Below, piece by piece: positions 58,139-64,000 of a stretch of 64,000 nucleotides of DNA. Below the pieces are notes generated by a model. The model did no database searches, was not told where the DNA came from, and was given only the letters and a program-made list of their open reading frames with translations. This stretch comes from Eledone cirrhosa (taxonomy: Eukaryota), in contig OZ024760.1 in assembly GCA_964016885.1 (NCBI GenBank), forward strand, positions 25,482,001 to 25,546,000, read 5' to 3'. The stretch's first letter is position 1; every line of letters starts with the position of its first letter. The position numbers were made by a program, and so were the translations under genes.

Positions 58139-58176
58139 CTTTCCTGATGAAGGACTTGTGTCTGAAACGTCGTAAC
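58139..58176 (+). ncRNA. Minimal PLE-type hammerhead motif, weak stem I
   Basis: CTGATGA-A-GGAC-TTGT-GTCT-GAA-ACGT-C. Same layout as the 52970 motif. Confidence 0.55.
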
Positions 58177-58253
58177 CTCCCCCATCCCACCAGGCGTGAA
58201 GCTAATAACCCTGTACTATTGACTCTTGCGCTTGTTTGTATGTTTGTCATTTT

Positions 58254-58358
<105 letters not shown>

Positions 58359-59214
58359 TTATACACACGCACACATGTGTGTGTCTGTTTACATTCACTG
58401 TGTGTTTATGAAGCATAACAGTTCAATAATTAGAGATCGATAGAATAAGTACCAGACTGGAAAAAAATAAGTATTGTTGTCGTTGATTTGTTAACTTCAA
58501 TGGCGGCGTGTCAGGCGCAGTCTGGGTTGGATTTCGATCTTGTGAAAGCCCTGGGAACTTCAGATTTGGGTGGGCCCCTCATATACAAAAAAAATAGAGA
58601 ACTCAACAAACCCCCCAATTTTACATATCAAAGTTAGCTTGGTGTAAGTAATTGGAATTAAAAAGGTTTACATACAGGTATTAAATTCAAAAATTCTAAC
58701 CATTCTAAAACTAAAAAGCTCAGCTGAGGGCACAAATAAATTGCTAGGGTCGTCGCTGTTGTGGTCCTTCCCCCACTGCAAGAGGCCTGGGGCAATTGCA
58801 CCCTTTGGCACGACCCACATTAAATCCGGCCCTGAACACAGTACTAACAACCTGTTTTGTTTAGAAACTATGCTGGCTGCGTGTTATACGGGGCGATGTC
58901 TTATCCCGTCGCTTTTTTTTTTTTCATGATATAAAACGATGAATTAGCAAGGAATAACTTTACATACAGTAGAAATAAATGTCTCCTGTCCAGTCCTCGT
59001 TGGGTTAAATCCACAATTGGCCTCTTATCCCGGGAGACGTATTATCCCCCCGACTATTTCCTGTTAGAAAAAAGTTAATTTCTGTTAAAGAATTACCTTA
59101 CACAGAGCAGAAAAATATATGAAGGTCTCGTCCTCTGCTGTTGCTGGGTTATTAATTCAACAAGATGCCCGTTAAACCAGCAGCAACACCACCACCACCA
59201 CCACCATCAACAGC

Positions 59215-61430
59215 AGCAACAACACCATCACTACAACCAACAACGCTATCACTACAACCAACAACACTATCACTACAACCAACAACACTATCACTACAAC
59301 CAACAACACCATCACTACAACCAACAACACTATCACTACAACCAACAACACCAACACTACAACCAACAACAACACTATCACTACAACCAACAATACCATC
59401 ACTACAACCAACAACACCATCACTACAACCAACAACACCATCACTACAACCAACACCACCATCACTACAACCAACAACACCACCATCACTACAACCAACA
59501 ACAATACCATCACTACAACCAACAACAACACCATCACTACAACCAACAACACTATCACTACAACCAACAACAACACTATCACTACAGACAACAACAACAC
59601 CATCACTACAACCAACAACACCATCACTACAACCAACAACACTATCACTACAACCAACAACACTATCACTACAACCAACAATACCATCACTACAACCAAC
59701 AATACCATCACTACAACCAACAACACCATCACTACAACCAACAACACCATCACTACAACAACCAACAACACCATCACTACAACCAACAACACCATCACTA
59801 CAACCAACAACACCATCACTACAACCAACAACACCATCACTACAACCAACAACAACACCATCACTACAACCAACAACAACACCATCACTACAACCAACAA
59901 CAATACCATCACTACAACCAACAACAACACCATCACTACAACCAACAACACTATCACTACAACCAACAACAACACTATCACTACAGACAACAACAACACC
60001 ATCACTACAACCAACAACACCATCACTACAAACAACAACACCATCACTACAAACACCATCACTACCACTAACAACACCATCACTACAACCAACAACACCA
60101 TCACTACAACCAACAACACCATCACTACAACCAACAACACCATCACTACAACCAACAACACCATCACTACAACCAACAACACCAACACTACAACCAACAA
60201 CACCATCACTACAAACAACAACACCACCATCACTACAACCAACAACACCATCACTACAACCAACAACACCAACACTACAACCAACAACACCATCACTACA
60301 AACAACAACACCACCATCACTACAACCAACAACACCATCACTACAAACAACACCATCACTACAACCAACAACACCATCACTACAACCAACAACACCATCA
60401 CTACAACCAACAACACCATCACTACAACCAACAACAACACCATCACTACAACCAACAACAATACCATCACTACAACCAACAACACCATCACTACAACCAA
60501 CACCATCACTACAAACAACAACACTATCACTACAAACAACACCATCACTACAACCAACAACACCATCACTACAACCAACAACACCATCACTACAACCAAC
60601 AACAACGCCATCACTACAACCAACAACAACACCATCACTACAACCAACAACACCAACACTACAAACAACACCAACACTACAAACAACACCATCACTACAA
60701 ACAACAACACCATCACTACAACCAACAACACCATCACTACAACCAACAACAACACCATCACTACAACCAACAACAATACCATCACTACAACCAACAACAC
60801 CATCACTACAACCAACAACACCATCACTACAAACAACAACACCATCACTACAAACAACAACACCATCACTACAACCAACAACACCATCACTACAACCAAC
60901 AACACCATCACTACAACCAACAACACCATCACTACAAACAACACCATCACTACAAACAACACCATCACTACAAACAACACCATCACTACAAACAACAACA
61001 CCATCACTACAAACAACAACACCATCACTACAAACAACACCATCACTACAACCAACAACACCATCACTACAACCAACAACACCATCACTACAACCAACAA
61101 TACCATCACTACAACCAACAACAATACCATCACTACAACCAACAACACCATCACTCAACCAACAACACCATCACTACAGCCAACAACAATACCATCACTG
61201 CAACCAACAACACCATCACTACAACCAACAACACCATCACTGCAACCAACAACAATACCTTCACTACAACCAACAACACTATCACTACAACCAACAACAC
61301 TATCACTACAACCAACAACACCATCACTACAACCAACAACAACACCATCACTACAACCAACACCATCACTACAACCAACAACACCATCACTACAAACAAC
61401 AACACCATCACTACAACCAACAACACCATC
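59215..61430 (+). repeat. ~21-bp minisatellite (accaacaacaccatcactaca)n with 18- and 24-bp variants
   Basis: Read directly. Open frames exist on both strands. Confidence 0.92.
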
Positions 61431-61569
61431 TACAGCAGCAATAACATTAGCATCATCAACAGCAGCAGCAGACCATCACAAATACAATCAAAATATATTC
61501 CTTGTAAACCGCTAAAATCAATATTTTCTATTTTTCATAGCTTTCTATTTCTTCAATGTTTTGTTACAT

Positions 61570-63630
61570 ATAGAATAGCAACAGTTAGTTATAGAACTGG
61601 CTATAATATATAGTATAGCAACAGTTAGTAATAGAACTGGCTATAATATATAGTATAGCAACAGTTAGTAATAGAACTGGCTATAATATATAGTATAGCA
61701 ACAGTTAGTAATAGAACTGGCTATAATATATAGTATAGCAACAGTTAGTAATAGAACTGGCTATAATATATAGTATAGCAACAGTTAGTAATAGAGCTGG
61801 CTATAATATATGGTATAGCAACAGTTAGTAATAGAGCTGGCTATAGGATATAGTATAGCAACAGTTAGTAATAGAACTGGCTATAATATATAGTATAGCA
61901 ACAGTTAGTAATAGAACTGGCTATAATATATAGTATAGCAACAGTTAGTAATAGAGCTGGCTATAATATATAGTATAGCAACAGTTAGTAATAGAGCTGG
62001 CTATAATATATAGTATAGCAACAGTTAGTAATAGAACTGGCTATAATATATAGTATAGCAACAGTCAGTAATAGAACTGGCTATAACATATAGTATAGCA
62101 ACAGTTAGTTATAGAGCTGGCTATAATATATAGTATAGCAACAGTTAGTAATAGAACTGGGCATAATATATAGTATAGCAACAGTTAGTAATAGAACTGG
62201 GCATAATATATAGTATAGCAACAGTTAGTAATAGAACTGGGCATAATATATAGTATAGCAACAGTTAGTAATAGAACTGGGCATAATATATAGTATAGCA
62301 ACAGTTAGTAATAGAACTGGGCATAATATATAGTATAGCAACAGTTAGTAATAGAACTGGCTATAATATATAGTATAGCAACAGTTAGTAATAGAACTGG
62401 CTATAATATATAGTATAGCAACAGTTAGTAATAGAGCTGGCTATAACATAGAGTATAGCAACAGTTAGTTATAGAGCTGGCTATAATATATAGTATAGCA
62501 ACAGTTAGTAATAGAACTGGGCATAATATATAGTATAGCAACAGTTAGTAATAGAACTGGGCATAATATATAGTATAGCAACAGTTAGTAATAGAACTGG
62601 GCATAATATATAGTATAGCAACAGTTAGTAATAGAACTGGGCATAATATATAGTATAGCAACAGTTAGTAATAGAACTGGGCATAATATATAGTATAGCA
62701 ACAGTTAGTAATAGAACTGGCTATAATATATAGTATAGCAACAGTTAGTAATAGAACTGGCTATAATATATAGTATAGCAACAGTTAGTAATAGAACTGG
62801 CTATAATATATAGTATAGCAACAGTTAGTAATAGAACTGGCTATAATATATAGTATAGCAACAGTTACTAATAGAACTGGCTATAATATATAGTATAGCA
62901 ACAGTCAGTAATAGAACTGGCTATAGCATATAGTATAGCAACAGTTAGTTATAGAGCTGGCTATAATATATAGTATAGCAACTATTAGTGATAGACCTGG
63001 TTATAATATATAGTATAGCAACAGGTAGTAATAGAGATGGCTATATGATATAGTATAGCAACAGTTAGTAATAGAACTGGCTATAGGATATAGTATATCA
63101 ACAGTTAGTAATAGAACTGGGCATAATATATAGTATAGCAACAGTTAGTAATAGAACTGGGCATAATATATAGTATAGCAACAGTTAGTAATAGAACTGG
63201 GCATAATATATAGTATAGCAACAGTTAGTAATAGAACTGAGCATAATATATAGTATAGCAACAGTTAGTAATAGAACTGCGCATAATATATAGTATAGCA
63301 ACAGTTAGTAATAGAACTGGCTATAATATATAGTATAGCAACAGTTAGTAATAGAACTGGCTATAATATATAGTATAGCAACAGTTAGTAATAGAACTGG
63401 CTATAATATATAGTATAGCAACAGTTAGTAATAGAGCTGGCTATAACATATAGTATAGCAACAGTTAGTTATAGAGCTGGCTATAATATATAGTATAGCA
63501 ACAGTTAGTGATAGACCTGGTTATATAGTATAGCAACAGTTAGTAATAGAACTGGTTATATAGTATAGCAACGGTTAGTAATAGAGCTGGCTATAACATA
63601 TAGTATAGCAACAGTTAGTCATAGAGCTAC
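61570..63630 (+). repeat. 40-bp satellite, ~50 copies
   Basis: Unit tagtatagcaacagttagtaatagaactggctataatata, with blocks of variant units (gggcataat). Confidence 0.95.
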
Positions 63631-63722
63631 AGCTGCGAAATTTACCATTTATTAGTATCATTACAATTTATTAGTCATATTATATGTATATATAGGTATA
63701 TATATATAGGTATATATATATG

Positions 63723-63769
<47 letters not shown>

Positions 63770-63832
63770 TAATCCCGGGTTCAGTCGGGGGTAACCCCAG
63801 TAAGGTACTCAATACATAGCAGAGTATAAATA

Positions 63833-63879
63833 TTTCCTGATGAATTCCTCCGAATGAAATAGTTCTAGTCCTGTAGAAG
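63833..63879 (+). ncRNA. Type I hammerhead ribozyme, family B
   Basis: TTTC-CTGATGA-ATTC-CTCC-GAAT-GAA-ATAG-TTCTAGTC-CTGT-A^GAAG. Complete core. Confidence 0.72.
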
Positions 63880-64000
63880 CCATTTCTATATTAAACCAAC
63901 CCAAACCAAACAGTGAGTGTGTTCTGTTATTCTGGGAATATTATAAGAATATGACCCTCCCCAAGTATAACAAAAAAAAATATATATATATATATGTATA

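Noticed and set aside
58510-58835. Possible MITE ending TAAATCCGGCCCTG
   Set aside because: The left TIR is too degenerate and no target duplication could be established.
59165-61444. 759-aa mucin-like ORF (PTTPSLQ)n
   Set aside because: Pure 21-bp minisatellite that is also open in two minus frames. There is no signal peptide, flanking domain or clear splice context.

Overview
AT-rich eukaryotic genomic DNA saturated with microsatellites, most likely from a coleoid cephalopod (Octopus-like). That assignment is inferred from the SINE types and the (TA)n/(CA)n/(GA)n density. Almost all listed ORFs are translations of simple repeats. The only convincing host coding sequence is the first coding exon (5708-5906, +) of a stargazin/TARP/CACNG-like gene (PMP22/claudin superfamily). 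It ends in a phase-1 GT donor, and the remaining ~58 kb appears to be its first intron. The main hidden signal is a set of more than 20 type I hammerhead-ribozyme (HHR) motifs from about 8 sequence families, lying in short non-coding islands between (TA)n tracts. About 10 fold completely by eye, with covarying stems. Most lie inside inverted repeats, as expected for Penelope-like element (PLE) pseudo-LTR remnants or non-autonomous derivatives. Unusual variants recur: a C.Y mismatch at the fourth position of stem II, U.U closing pairs, and U3-A8 cores. The window also holds two tRNA-derived SINE families, RTE-type LINE 3' fragments, hAT and piggyBac MITEs, a Helitron-type element nested in a hAT MITE, a decayed hAT transposase fragment, several satellites and long palindromes centred on pre-existing hairpins. 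All folds and coordinates were read by eye and no database search was run.
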